Below, piece after piece: positions 1 to 13,019 of a stretch of DNA of 64,000 nt. The notes under the pieces are model-generated. The model saw only the letters and a list, made by a program, of their open reading frames with translations, did no database searches and was not told the DNA's origin. Origin of the DNA: Takakia lepidozioides (taxonomy: Eukaryota > Plantae > Bryophyta); contig CM060733.1 in the NCBI GenBank assembly GCA_030704615.1, positions 68,014,001-68,078,000 on the forward strand, in the 5' to 3' direction. Each line of letters begins with the position of its first letter. Position 1 is the first letter of the stretch. The position numbers and the translations under genes are program-made.

Positions 1-299
1 CCTTGATGTTTTTGCTGTTACCTTAGTGTTACCCCTGCTAGGAGTTTCAGCTTTGAAGTTCTGTCGGTGGGAGGGAGACTCAGAGAGAGCTTTTTTATGA
101 CACCATACAGCCTGATTTAGGCACCATCAAACTGCCTCTACCCAAGTCTGCCTGCATACCTTTGTCATATCCTTTAGATGTAGGGTATTCTAAGCGGCAA
201 TTCAGATGCACACTAGATGGGCATCAGAGGTCTTGCAGAGGGAGCCTAGCAAACAATTGTTGGCATAAACCTGCCTCGTAGTTTACTTTAAAAACCATC

Positions 300-2700
300 C
301 TGTGATATTTCAAGGATAGCAATGTTGTCCTGACCTCATAAACAACATGCTGGAATAGATTAACACAGTACCTGCTGCTTTAGCACCCTCTCCTCCTTCA
401 ATACAGCCTTGACTTTAAGCGAAGCCTCCAACGCTTCTACTTCTCTCTTGAGCAACCGAATTCTCGCAAGGTCAGCTGTTGACAGTCGTTCCCTCCCAGA
501 GACTACACTTGAAGCTTCTGATTCTTTGACCAACAATTCAAGTTTTCCCAATGCAATCTCCACACTCTGCAGTTCCTGCGGTGAAAACCCCCAGAGTGCC
601 CACAGTCAATCATCAAGAGGACAGTTATCAATTAGAGGATGTGCAGATTATTACTTCAAAGAACAACAGGAAAGGACATGCATATAGTCCTTGACAAGCA
701 GCTCTCATGAAAGCAAATCAATATCTAGACAGAAAGAAGAAAAAATCATTTGCGCCTTTAAAAAGACAACAGTACAGTAAAGGGGGTTAATACTGTTGGT
801 TCCATCGTTGTGGGACATTGGGTTCAATGTGGAGTGAAACTGAAACTAGTGACAAAAAATGCAGGTGATAAACAGAGGGAGAGAACCTCATCAAACAGCT
901 TTAGTTGCCGCTCCATCTCTTGTACCACCCAACTGCTACTGGTCTGCTCAACTACTGCTCTCTCTTGGAAATCCCAATACACCAGCCTATCCAACTTCCT
1001 GTCAACTTCCCTTATCCTGTCCCTGTACCCAGACAAGGAGAAGTTGTCTGTTGACAAGGTAAAGACGTGGTCAACTTTCTTGACAGAACTTTAAAAAGGC
1101 GTATCTTCCTTTATGACTGTACTTGTAGGAAAAGCACTGCAAGCATACATTTTTCCTCCTGTATGGCAACCCAATGCTCCCTGACAACATTGCTTCACCA
1201 AAAACAACAAGAAAGCTGACTGACCTGGGACCATCATCTTTTGTACTGTACAAACAATTTGGCTACAAAACAGCAACTGATCAGCCTTGTCCTCACTGTT
1301 TGCAACTTTCTTTATGCATCACTCTCTCACAACAGGCTAGAAATAGAAAGTCCAGCACTGTACTTGATTCACTAAAGATCAGTTTTAAAAAGTAAATCGG
1401 ACCCAACCTTACTGAAAGAAACCTGGCAGCCCGAACGCCAGATTGTTGCTGCACCCAACTGCTGTGATGGACAAAACCATTAACCCACAGAGAGCATGTC
1501 TGGAGTGCTGCAGCGATGATCATCCTCTTCTCGGCTTTACTAACCCCTGACTTCATTCTGCCATTTTCGCCATGAGCTGCCGCTCGTTGAATGCCTGGAT
1601 AAAATGGCAGCCACTCCATCTCCTCACATACCACCTGCAAATGAAATTTGTTTCCTCTCAGATCTTACTAACAAGGTAACCAGGTACAGCATTTACCTCT
1701 GCCTTAAACAACCAGTGACATATTGTGTAAATCATTCCCAACTAACAAACTCTTTCTCCAGTCTTGGGAGATCAAAATACCAGAGGAAATACCCACAACC
1801 AATATGAAAGTGGTGTGTCCAGCTTGGTCTATTTAGCTGTAAAGGCAGGGAGGCATCTGACATTCTCCTGTGTTAGGTTGTCATGAAACCCCAACTCAGC
1901 AGCTGAGAAAATACACCCTCTACGCTGTCCCTCGAAACCACACATATGTCCAAAATTTTCTGACAAGCAACCATAAAAGTTCTTGAAAGGACCTCAAAGA
2001 CCAAGGTGAATACTGAGACTCACCTCCACAAACAGCTGGTATGTGGAAACAGTTGCAAGCTGAGGGTAAAACAGAACACTCCCACCTTCTAGGTACCTGC
2101 ACCCAGGAGTCCACTCTTGCCAAGATGTGACAAACTAAATGAAAGTAACTACCTAACTCATCAAGGCATGTTATCTGCATTCACGAGCAGAATGTGATAC
2201 TAAAAAGTTCCTGATTGACATCTAGTGAAGCAGCATGGGAAGTGGAAGTCTTTCCCCTCTCACAGCTGACCTTAAAGCAGACTTTTTCATTTCTCCAGAA
2301 ACAGCACAAACACCATGATAATAGGAACCAGACCTGTTCTATATTGTAAACTTTCAGGTCTTGTTCCCAAAATCCTGAATTGTGACTCAGCTCATGCAAT
2401 TTGACACTTGATAACTAAATGACATCCAAGACCTAGTGTAAGTTAGGCCCCAAAATTCAACCAAAATTTGAGAGTTTAAAAGCTTAAGACAGGTACACAC
2501 GTGGAAGTGATAGCAGCAAATCTTAAGTCCTTCTCCAAAAATCTGACAAAGCTTGCCACCGCAAGGGGGTGCTGCTGAAGCCATAGCCAGTCGTCCGCAG
2601 ATGGATCTCTTGATGACAGCTGCTGTCTGATGGAGTCCTCCAGTGGGGCCGATTGGCGCATAAGACTGCACAGCAGAATAACATACAAGACAGTTAGCTT
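300..2700 (-). pseudogene. Highly decayed non-LTR (LINE) ORF2-like remnant (endonuclease/linker region)
   Basis: Short broken minus-strand ORFs. 'RKLDRLVYW' (824-1057) resembles the APE-endonuclease 'RIDR' motif and is followed by a coiled linker 'LARIRLLKREVEALEAS' (360-563). No RT motif seen; boundaries vague. Confidence 0.3.
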
Positions 2701-3559
2701 ACCATAACTAAACTAAAAGTGATGCTGCCATGCGGATGAAAGCAGTGCACTAATTCGCATCTGAGTGCCAGCAGATGTATCAGATGAGCACTACACTATT
2801 CTAGTGCAATGCAGTGGTCTTTTTTTGCCACCTCAATCTGAAGTAGCACTCCATTTCCAACGAAATGCTAAGATGGACTTTCCTGAGAAGTAAAGATAAC
2901 CATCCTCACACCATTTTTAATTTTTCCTCATTCTTCCGGTTCTCAAGGAATGTGGGATGTGAGCTAGTGGATCAACAAGATGTCACTTCCAGGGAGGCTA
3001 CAAGAGGTACTTATACTGACAGACACTCTTGCAAATATCAACAGGCTAACCTGTGCTGTACAAAGACATGGGCATCTCTATCCCTCCCTTCGACTCGAGC
3101 AGCAATTTCCAGAACTGCTTGTAACACCGAGTGCACGGCAGCCTGCAACCAGACAGCCTGTACGAGTGCTCATGAAGGTAGTAATGTTCACTGTATGAAA
3201 TAGGAGAACCTGAAAAGATGTCCACACTCCTTTGGACTGAGTGCTACAGGTGTATCAGGTCATCTTTTATGTAGCACTATGCCTATACAGCTTTAGGCAT
3301 AGTGGCTTTAGGCAGCTATGGGTTTCAAATATGTGAACCTTGCAACACTGTCATACACCCAAGCTGATTTCAAAATAATCCTGTCCCTTGGTTGGCAACT
3401 GAGAAACTGGCATAAATGGTACTGAAATGAGGTGCATAGACACCATAATTATACAGCCATCGCTTGCTTTATGCGGGCTGCCACCTAGACTGAGGAAAAA
3501 GACTTGGAGATCCAGATTTGAACTTGATGAATACGTTCAGTAGTAATACTCCCAGACTC

Positions 3560-4957
3560 AACTTTCGATCATAAAATATAACAAAACTTTACTCCACGCG
3601 TATTGCATATCCCGCTTTCGAGGAAAAACTAAACTGTGCTTATCAAGAGTGGATGAAACAAGTTGGCTGAGTCGTAAACAAGCCCCCACCTGGTCAAGAG
3701 CTCTGCTGGGCATCCAGGACGCCGCTGCTTTGGTTCCTGCGTTTCCCTTTGAGCAGATTACAAGTAGACCCAGGAGAATGAACTTGGAAAAACACCTCCA
3801 ATACTCCATTTTTGGGCTACACGGTCAAAACAGGTTATAGACTACAGCTTGGGAAACCAGATTTTAAGTCTAAATGGAACGGGAAATGGTCTTTGCAGCT
3901 GCAAGACCAAGGATGGAGTAGTGTTTGGAAGGACATATGGGCAAAGCATAGATCTGCCAAAATCAGTGTTTTTTTGTGGAAAATTGCCAACAGGATCCTC
4001 CCAGTAGCTATCTCCATACCTGATATTGACCCAGCCTGCAAATCATGCCAGAATGGAAGAAGTGAAACGATAGAGCACTGTTTGATTCACTGTCCGGTTT
4101 CTGCCAGGGTGTGGCACTATGTCAGGAATTTCTTTTCTAATTGGGGGACTCTACCCTCTTTAGCTCCGACCCTTTTACTACTCAATCTGCACAATGTTTC
4201 TTCATGGTCCAATTGCCCAGTATGGATGACCCTTAGAGCTCTCTCTCTCTGGTCTATATGGAAGGCTAGATGCTCCTTAGTTTTTCAGGGAAAATGCCCC
4301 AATGTCAGATCCATTCTCTGCAAAATATATGTGGATTTGATGATTGAGAAGCATGGATGACTTTGATTGCAGCAGCCAGCAGGTGTAGTGAAGGAAGGTG
4401 CCAGCAGCTATACTCGGACTTCGACCTCTCATGGGCAAAAGGCAACACCCTGTGCACCAGGCTATCGGAATCCAGAGTCCTATGGAATGACGACATCCCC
4501 CGGGATTGGCAAATCGCCAGCTGACTCCGAAGTGCCAGACATCAATTGACATCAGAAACTGAGCTCCTCCAAATCGAAAGCGCATCTGGATTTTAGGAGT
4601 GGCAGCCAGTAGTGTGCCTCAGAAAGTGGGCGCAGACAGTGTAGTAATCTGGACAGTTGCCTAACTGCGTAGATGAAGCTTTTGAACCTTAATGCTTTCT
4701 GCGCTGGTCTTTTCTCCTCGTGATCTTGTTTTGTGAAAGTTATCACTTATCTCCTAGTTCTGCTAGGCGGACTTATCCAGCTTCTCCCCCCTCGTCCCTA
4801 GGTGCTCTAGGTGTTCCCCATGCGATACGCCTTCGCGGCATTCCTGGAGGTTATTTTTTCCTACGCGGTGTTCTCCCCCTTTTTTTCATTAATAAAATTC
4901 CCCAGGGCCCTTGTCCCCTGTTCTAAGAGGAAAAAGAAAATAAATAAATAAATAAAA
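3560..4957 (+). mobile_element. 3' end of an L1-type LINE with zf-RVT domain and A-rich tail
   Basis: ORF 3812-4360: 'WKDIWAKHRSAKISVFLWKIANRILP...CKSCQNGRSETIEHCLIHCP...LWSIWKARC' is the typical zf-RVT/CCHC C-terminus of LINE ORF2. An (AAAT)n/A-rich tail follows at about 4930-4957. Confidence 0.8.
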
Positions 4958-5119
4958 TTGTGCACACAGCCACACACCGATTGAGCTCGGTCCCAATATG
5001 GATGTGGCTTGATGTGATGGCGCACATGTGATCTGACAAGCAGCACACACAAGAGGTCTTCTTGGATTCATGGTCGGTCTAATCCACAATGGGTCATGAC
5101 ACAAGGTAGAGGACAATGT

Positions 5120-6010
5120 GGTGATCTTCTTCGACCTATTTCAGCCTGTTTTGCCGAGATGTAGTGTCGTGGAGTGCGATGCTTGCAGGGTATGCACAGC
5201 AGGGATGTGGGATGGAGGCTTTGGAGACCTATGAAGTTGCGAAGGGAGAGTTTGATAACATGGCTGAACGAGATGTTGTCTCATGGAACACGCTGAATCT
5301 CGCAAGATATGGCCAGCATGTGTGCGGGATGAGGGCATTGGAGACATATGAGCAAATGTTGCGAGAAGGGGTGCAGCCTGACCGGGTCACGTTCATTTGT
5401 GTTTGCAATGCATGTGCAAACCTGGCAGCCCTGGAGACTTGGAGACCTGGTAAAGGGCAAAGAGGTCCATTGTGACGTCGTCAAAGCTGGAACTGTACCA
5501 GATGTAACAATACCTCGTCGACATGTATGCCAAACGTGGGAGCATTCCCTTGTAGACAAGGAGTGTTCAACAATATGGCTGAGCGAAATGTGGTGTGGTG
5601 GAACGTGATGATCGCAAGACATGCACAACATGGGCGGGGATTGCAGGTTTTGGAGACCTATGAGCAAATGATGTGGGTCTAGGGGATGAAGCCCGAGCAC
5701 ATTACGTTTGTTTGTGTTTGTAGTGCATGTGCGAGCCTGCTGGAGAAAGGCAAAGAGGTCCATGGTTGCATCGTCAAAGCTGGAATTGTGGTAGATGTCA
5801 TTCTGAACAATACCCTTCTGGATATGGAGTGTTCAACAATATGGCTGAGCGAAATGTGGTGTCGTGGAAAGTGATGATCGCAGGACATGCACAACATGGG
5901 CGGAGATTGCAGGTTTTGGAGACCTATGAGCAGTTGATGTGGGAGGGGGTGAAGTCCGACCACATTACGTTCAGAGAGTTCAAATGCCTCTCCACCATGA
6001 CCTTGCTTAG
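5120..6010 (+). pseudogene. Degenerate PLS-class pentatricopeptide repeat (PPR) gene fragment
   Basis: PPR motifs across shifted frames: 'VSWSAMLAGYAQQG', 'FDNMAERDVVSWN', 'QMLREGVQPDRVTFICVCNACA', 'GKEVHGCIVKAG', 'VFNNMAERNVVSW'. Frameshifts and an in-frame TAG near 5680. Internal near-duplication (about 5560-5710 vs 5827-5970). Confidence 0.85.
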
Positions 6011-8116
6011 CTAACCATGCCTTGCTGATGTTGTTGTCTTGCACTTGAGCTATTTTTGGACACTAGCTGGAACATCCACAATGCGGCTCTGCTTGAGAGA
6101 GAAATCAGCTTGAATGCAGGGGCAGATTTTGAGATCACAATCACCACTCAGATCGCTGTTCTTTGCACCGGCATGACATGTCAGCATGCATATCAGCCCA
6201 AACTCATTACTCTGTGAGCCTTCCACTGCCGGAGTGTGCCCATCCAAGCCAGATCTTTGAAATGCATGGATGGAATGGGGTTTTGAAACCAGCATTGCCC
6301 AACTGGATACCCAATTCAGCTCCGCATCTTGGTCCATTAATCTACTGCACATTGTGAAGTTTTATGCCTGTTCACCGCAAGTTGAAGAAAGAATATTCTT
6401 AAAACACGGGTACTCATAATCTGAAAATGGCTCCAGCTTATGTTGCTTGAGTGCGAATATGAATGTGGTTGGCTTGGCAGCTTTACATCTGGTCTATCCC
6501 ACTCGATATGATGAGCAGGTTCAGCTTGACTTCTCTCACACAAAAGACGCTGCCAAGATGGGGTTTGTTGCCTTAGATGACTTCCCGTCCAGCTCTGACT
6601 CTGTGCGTGGGGCCTATCAGACAACATACACCAGCAAGCCCTCCCCCTATCCTGCATCAACTCATCTCAGTCTTATCAAGGTGTCATCACAGATGGAGAC
6701 CCTGGAAAATGCCTCTGCCCAGGAGATGAAGAACATTAGGCAACTAGAAACGTGGGGGGCTGCATATGCTTTATAGTCAACTTGGCTTGTTGAATGCTTG
6801 CATAAGAGATGAGGGGTTGCTGTACCAGACTTCTCTCACTTGGGTCCTTGCAAGGCTGACGGTACCGCCCGGGGAACACCCCCTCCTTGAGCCTCGTCGG
6901 AGGAGGGAGCGCCCGATGTCAAATCCTCCCCATCCCCTTCACCCTCGCCCGTAACCCCCACCATCGATCCCCTATGGAATACTATTTGGACGGGGACGGG
7001 CACGGTGTCTCGGTGTCCGTCACCGTGGACGGTGGCGGCTCACGACGTCCGTCGCCGTGGACGGTGCCGACCCACGGAGGCCGTCACCATTAACGGCGAC
7101 GGACGCCGTGAGCCGTCTCCGCCACGGTGGCGGCCTCCGTGACCCGTCTCCGCGAATGTGGCACAACTACCAAGTAGTGCCAAAAATGATTTACATGTAA
7201 CTTACAGATTTTAAAGCATCCTGCCCAGGTACATGAGAATTGCTGCCCAGAGGGAACATGAGGAAAAGAAAACGGTTGTATTTGCAAACGTGCATCGGGG
7301 TGCAGATGCAGAGCGCGCAGACTCTTGCATTCCCTGTGTGAATCGACAGTGATAAGGAATCTGCGGGTAGATGTTCTTCATACTAGCTCTCTGTTTCCAA
7401 GACCGCACACCAGGTTATATCATTGTGATGTTCGGTTGCTGTGTGGACACTAACTAAAAAAGAAACTAGTCTGGAGGAGGACGCGGTTGTTGTCGTCTGA
7501 GTCCCATCACGGCCATGTCTGTGCACCATCGCTGCTTTTCTCGGCGCTGGCCTCCTCTTTTGGGATTCAGATTGCATTCCATTTCTCATCTGGCGCATTT
7601 TTTCTCTGCTGTTCCTCAAATACAGGTATCACGCACGCGCGCTCTCTGTCTCTGTGTCTCTCATTTCAGTTCATTTCATTACTCGTGTGTGATTTCTGTA
7701 GTGCATCGTGGTACTATCAATGTCTACTCCCCTCAATGCACCTGCTTCGTGTGTGGTGGAGCACAGTGTAATCTGGATCGGACGATTAGCATACAGTTTT
7801 GTTCAAATTCTACAGACACCATCCTAGTGTTTGTGTGCACATGTACAACGCAATGTTGACTACGAAATTCTTGCCTGCCCTCTCCGTCTTATAATGTGAG
7901 ATCGGAAAGTTGAGCAATTTTGAAGTGCGAGGTTCTAGAAGGGTCACCACTTTCGGCAGGGAGTTGAGGGGCCAATCTTCTTAAATCTTTTTATGTGACT
8001 AGCTATGTAGATCTTTTTGCGTTGGCCCTAAATCTGAAAGGTTGCAGGGTTTGGGGTTTAAGGTCTGAGTGCTCTTTAGAACATTCACAGCCGGCATTAG
8101 CTTTCGTGTACACTAA

Positions 8117-8344
8117 CGTGTTAGATAGGAGCTCCCTGGTTTGCCCTTCAGTTTGATGATGCCGTGTTCAAGAGCTGTCCATTGGATTTCCTGGCGTACA
8201 AGTTACCGAAAAGTCTACTTGTTGTTGAGACGTGTTAGATAGGAGCTCCCTGGTTTGCCCTTCAGTTTGATGATGCCATGTTCAAGAGCTGTCCATTGGA
8301 TTTCCTGGCGTACAGGTTACCGAAAAAGTCTACTTGTTGTTGAG
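8117..8344. repeat. Two-copy tandem duplication of about 113 bp
   Basis: ACGTGTTAGATAGGAGCTCC...GTCTACTTGTTGTTGAG occurs twice head-to-tail with few mismatches. Confidence 0.9.
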
Positions 8345-9816
8345 ATGTTCCCTACCTGTGTTAATGTGTGTCCACTTCTAGTTCACAATGTTGATCTCGT
8401 TTAGGAGATATAAAATAGTAGGGAAAATTTTGTATCCTGTGAGAGAAGGACATATACAGTTTGATGTCGAGGTAGGGGATTCCATGCATATAAGAGTTTT
8501 TGGAATACAGGCTTTGGATTTGTTTGGCAACTTGAAGCCAAGCTATCCTTATGTAATCTGGCTCAGCTTGTTATTCATATGTTCTTGGGCTTGCGGGAAT
8601 CCTTAGAGTGGACTCAGGAAGAATCTGTCCAGGGCCTGGGCAAGCTGTGAGACAGGCCTTTTGGATGTGTAATTTGCCAGCCTGGGCTCAAGATGTCATC
8701 TGCTTTGGAATCCCACTGTGGGCATTGGCAAGCATGCCATGTTCGATATTCTCCAGTTTGAAATAGGGTTCTCGTCATGGAAGTCCACAATATTTTTTGC
8801 AAAGGGAAAAGGGATGAGCAGGTTTTTGGATGGACCCCGCAAGAAGCAGCACTTCATTTGGTCCCTGGTGTGGTCAGTGAAGCTGAGGTAGGTCTTTTTT
8901 TAGTCCCACTTTCTGTTAGGGCTCTCTGGAATCACTTGTACAGGATGATTTTTTTTGGAAAACTTGAGTAGACAGAAGGATCCCAGCAAGTTAATCTGAT
9001 GGTTTGAACTTGAGGTGCTATGCAATCATATGTGAAAGGGACAAGAACTGACCCATTTGTGAATTGGAATGTGCAATGGCGAGTTGTGTCAGGTGTACTG
9101 GGCCCCAATCCACGCCATCTCGTAGAGCTACAGTTCATAAGACAAAGTCATGTCTTCTCTGAGTATGTGACATGTCCCTTTGTTAAACCAATGACCCCCC
9201 TTTTAATGTGGTTTTTGAACCAGTGACCATTGCAAAGAAGCATGCATGGGTAGTCCTGAGAACAGCGAGCAATTTTGCCAAACCTGACATATTCATGACT
9301 TTCAGCCTTCGTCAAGAATGCACAGGCCAAGTTTCTCCACAGCCAAGCCCGTTAATCTGCCCAGCCAGTTAATCTGATGTGGCTCCTCGATCGCAGTTAG
9401 CAAGTGAGCAGGTATGGAACATTTTTAATGGCCAAAATCGCAGCACACTGTCAATAAGAAAGATGAGCTCACACCCAGCATGCAACATAGATCGGCTGCA
9501 GATAAGCAGGGGAAAGCATGGATTGCGAAATACCACATGCATTCCATAACTACCACGATATCCACCAGTAGCCAGTGCCTTAAATCACACCCCTGCGGAG
9601 GTTATGTTTGAAATGTATTGTTCCTCATTTGACTGATTTTTCATACACACTCGCTTTGTTTTGCTTTTGGGGTGTTATTTTATAATTGACTCATTGTCCT
9701 TGATATATCTTCAAATTATGTAGGTACTAAGTGACATTGACCATTGTTGACTGATTGCAAAGGGGTTATTATTAGTGTTACTATTATTATTTTAAAACAG
9801 GGGACAGAGGCCTTGA

Positions 9817-10532
9817 AACGCATTCGCAATGTTTGAAAGCAATCAAAAATCATTTGAACAGCGAACGATGGGTTCACCTTTTCCATCAATTCTGATTGAC
9901 TTCATACTTGAGAGAAGCATGTGACAAGGTATGTCCAACACATTCGCAAAGATTGAAAGCAATCAAAAATTCATTTGAACATCGAACGATGGGTTCACCC
10001 TTTCAATCAATTTCGATTGACCTGATACTCGACACGTACTTCTGACATGGTATGTTCAACACACTCGCAAAGATTGAAAGCAATCAAAAATCATTTGATC
10101 ACCGAACGATGGGTTCACCCTTTGAATCAATTTCGATTGACTTGATACTCGACACGTACCTCTGACAAAGTATGTCCAACACACTCGCAAGGATTGGAAG
10201 CAATCAAAAATCATTTGAACAGCGAACGATAGGTTCACCCTTTGAATCAATTTCGATTGACCTGATACTCGACACGTACATCTGAGAAGGTATGTCCAAC
10301 ACACTCGCAATGTTTGAAAACAATCACAAATCATTTGAACAACGAACAATGGGTTCGACTTCATACTTGAGAGGAGCATGTGACAAGGTATGTCCAACAC
10401 ACTTGCAAAGATTGGAAGCAATCAAAAAATCATTTGAACAGCGAACGATGGGTTCACCCTTTGAATCAATTTCGATTGACCTGATACTCGACACATACCT
10501 CTAAGAAGGTATGTCCAACACACTCGCAAATA
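9817..10532. repeat. Minisatellite, about 119-bp unit, about 6 copies
   Basis: Repeated CAACACACTCGCAAAGATTGAAAGCAATCAAAAATCATTTGAACAGCGAACGATGGGTTCACCC...GGTATGTC. Confidence 0.9.
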
Positions 10533-10927
10533 TTGGCATTTTAGGGTACATCAACTGCCACCAAGCCTTTTTGGCTAGACTTCGAAAAGGGTTTTCCCAC
10601 AAAATAGAATCTTTATTACCTAGTATTATGGCTAAAGCTGGATAACGGTTTAGCCACAAAAACAAATAAAAAAATATTACTTGGCATGATGGCTAAAGTT
10701 GGAAAATGATTTGGGAACAAGTAAAGTCCACACTAGCAACTCATTTTTACTAGGTTTGAAACATAGTTTGATCCATTGTTTAAAAACAAATTAAATTGTT
10801 CCAAACCAAATTTTTACTCTTAAGGTTTCATTTAAGATTTTTAGGTTCTTAAAGTATTTATCTTTAAGTATTCAGTTTGGCATTGGGTGTTGGTACTGAT
10901 GTGAGTCGCGGGTGTTTCCCTATTCTG

Positions 10928-10960
<33 letters not shown>

Positions 10961-11029
10961 ATCATGATGTTGCATTCGAAAAATTGTAGCTTTTGAATAT
11001 TTTTAGTATTTGTATCTTCTTTATGTTAC

Positions 11030-11679
11030 GGCCTGAGGCGGGAATTGCCAAGTGGACCCGTAAGAGTGGCGTCCCGTCCCGTCCCGTTCTGAAGAAGATG
11101 TGGACCTGTATCAACTCAATGGGCCTTCGCTCCAAGGGAAACCAGATAATTACCGTACTGCCAAACAGAAACCGGTTGGCATTTGTAACTGTGGATTGGA
11201 ATGCGGTGCCAAATTCTGCTTATGAATGGGGTCCATTGGATTTCGGCGGCACGACATCCTTGCAAAGGAATCGTGGACGATGCTGCAGAAACATTATTTC
11301 AGCACTCAGGAGACTGTGTATGGAGATGAGAATGAGTTTGCAGACGCTGCCCTTCATTGCTTATACTCCACAAGATATTTGATTTCCCCCCTTACAGGGA
11401 CTTGCATGGATGAAGATTGGCGGCTCTATGAATGGAGCCGTTTTCAGTTTCCATCTGTGCCATGGAAACCATGCGCCGCTTTTCTCATCGAACTGTACGT
11501 ACCCGGTGGAAATAAGGTGCCGCAATTGCTTTCGCGGATCCTATGACCGCGGATAAGTACCCTATTCCTGTGGACAATCATTTCTGAAAAAAATTACTGC
11601 TCATGATTTTTTCGGCAGTTACGAGTCTGCTCATGGCTCATGCCGCTCATGGCTCATGGCTCATGAAATAGCAGCCCCC
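11030..11679 (+). mobile_element. Truncated, scrambled fragment of the ParB-MTase transposon family (copy 0), ending in an A-type terminus
   Basis: Ends with GCTCATGGCTCATGAAATAGCAGCCCCC, the reverse complement of the 35853 terminus. 11030-11160 encodes 'GIAKWTRKS..LKKMWTCINSMGLRSKG', homologous to the MTase exon near 39600. 11390-11470 matches the third-gene exon at about 37200-37295. No left end found. Confidence 0.8.
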
Positions 11680-12181
11680 CATGGAGGCTTTACAGCAACA
11701 GTTGGACATGTACAGGCTCAAGGAGGAGCAGGATCTCCATGGTGCTACACAGGATGTGGTGGATAATCATCTGTTGCACGAGTGGTTAACACAAGGACCA
11801 GCGGAAGGGAAGGCACCAAGGAAGCTCACTCAAGAGGAGATGAATGATCTCAGGCTGTGGGTGCAGAACATTGCCACAGCCACTATAGACAATGTCTATA
11901 GTCGGATAGTTGAGTTGCAGGAGGATGTGGAAGGGCTGCAGACTCAAGTGGATGATTTGAGCTCCAACATTGACAAAAGGGCCTTTGTTCTTGAGGAACA
12001 GCTCATGGCTACTTATCTGCACGCCAGGACTCTAATTTTCCAATCTTCATCACAGGAGGTGCAGGACTTGCCAACAACAGGAGGGACAGTGACGCCAATA
12101 TCACAGCAACCACAACAGGTCGACATTGTTGATACCATGGCACTGCAACAATCTGAGGTTTGGGGGGATGCTTCTTTTAAC
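11680..12181 (+). pseudogene. 5' part of an ORF of a probable Ty3/gypsy element, interrupted by copy 1
   Basis: ORF from 11681 reads '...WGDASFN' and resumes in frame after the TSD at 18317 ('PPKTPAALEYNWAMIMPFNQ'), leading towards gag-like sequence. Confidence 0.6.
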
Positions 12182-13019
12182 GGGGGCTGCTATTTCATGA
12201 GCGGCATGAGCATGAGCGGAAAAAAAAAAAAAACATGAGCAGACCATTGTGTGTCCACGGAAATAGGGTTAGGAGGCACGAAAATAGGGTCATGTGAAGT
12301 TGGAATGTGGCACCAGTGGACTTGAAATGCAACATTTTATTGCAAATTTTGTGGCAAGCCACGTCTATACAAGTGTGTTCTAACTGTCATAGCCGGAATG
12401 GGCACTACTCTCCTACACCCTCCGAGGAACTTGCCCCACCTTCTTCCTTATCCCCCTCATCCCCCTCATCCCCCTCATCCTCCGAGCTCTGTGATGCATC
12501 AGTTCCACTATGCCTCTCAAAAATCCCGTCCTCTTGGGGGACTGTCCACCTCACCTCCTGGGAATCTTCTGCATCTTCTCCCCCACTTTCCTCAGCTGAA
12601 TCCAAGACAAATCTACGAGCCTGACGGGCTCTAATAGCTGCTGTCTCCTCCCTCATCTTCATTTTCTTGAGGCTTGCCTCGTCTAAAATCTGCTGTACAC
12701 GACTAGGTTCGGAACACCTCCTAATGGACACCGAAGCAAGCCGGGTAACATAAGTAGGAAGGATGTAGTCCCTTTCTGGACTAGGCATGAAATCCCCCCT
12801 GGCAAAAAAATGCATGTTCCTCCTGCCCATGAACTGCGGTGTAGACGTCCATCCTACACTACTTGGCATCCTACAGTAAGAACAAATCCACTTGAAGAAT
12901 GTCAATACCAGCAGAAGTAGAAACGGTCTTTCAATGAAATAAAAGAGCGAGGGGAGGTGCCTCACAAAATGAGGAGGCAACTTACAATGCGACCACTCAC
13001 TCGTAAACCATTTTCGGCA

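Noticed and set aside
6447-6776. 109-aa ORF as a host gene exon
   Set aside because: Non-ATG start, no recognisable domain and no supporting exon structure.
8600-9400. Possible second LINE zf-RVT remnant on the minus strand
   Set aside because: Only faint Cys/Trp spacing; not supportable by eye.
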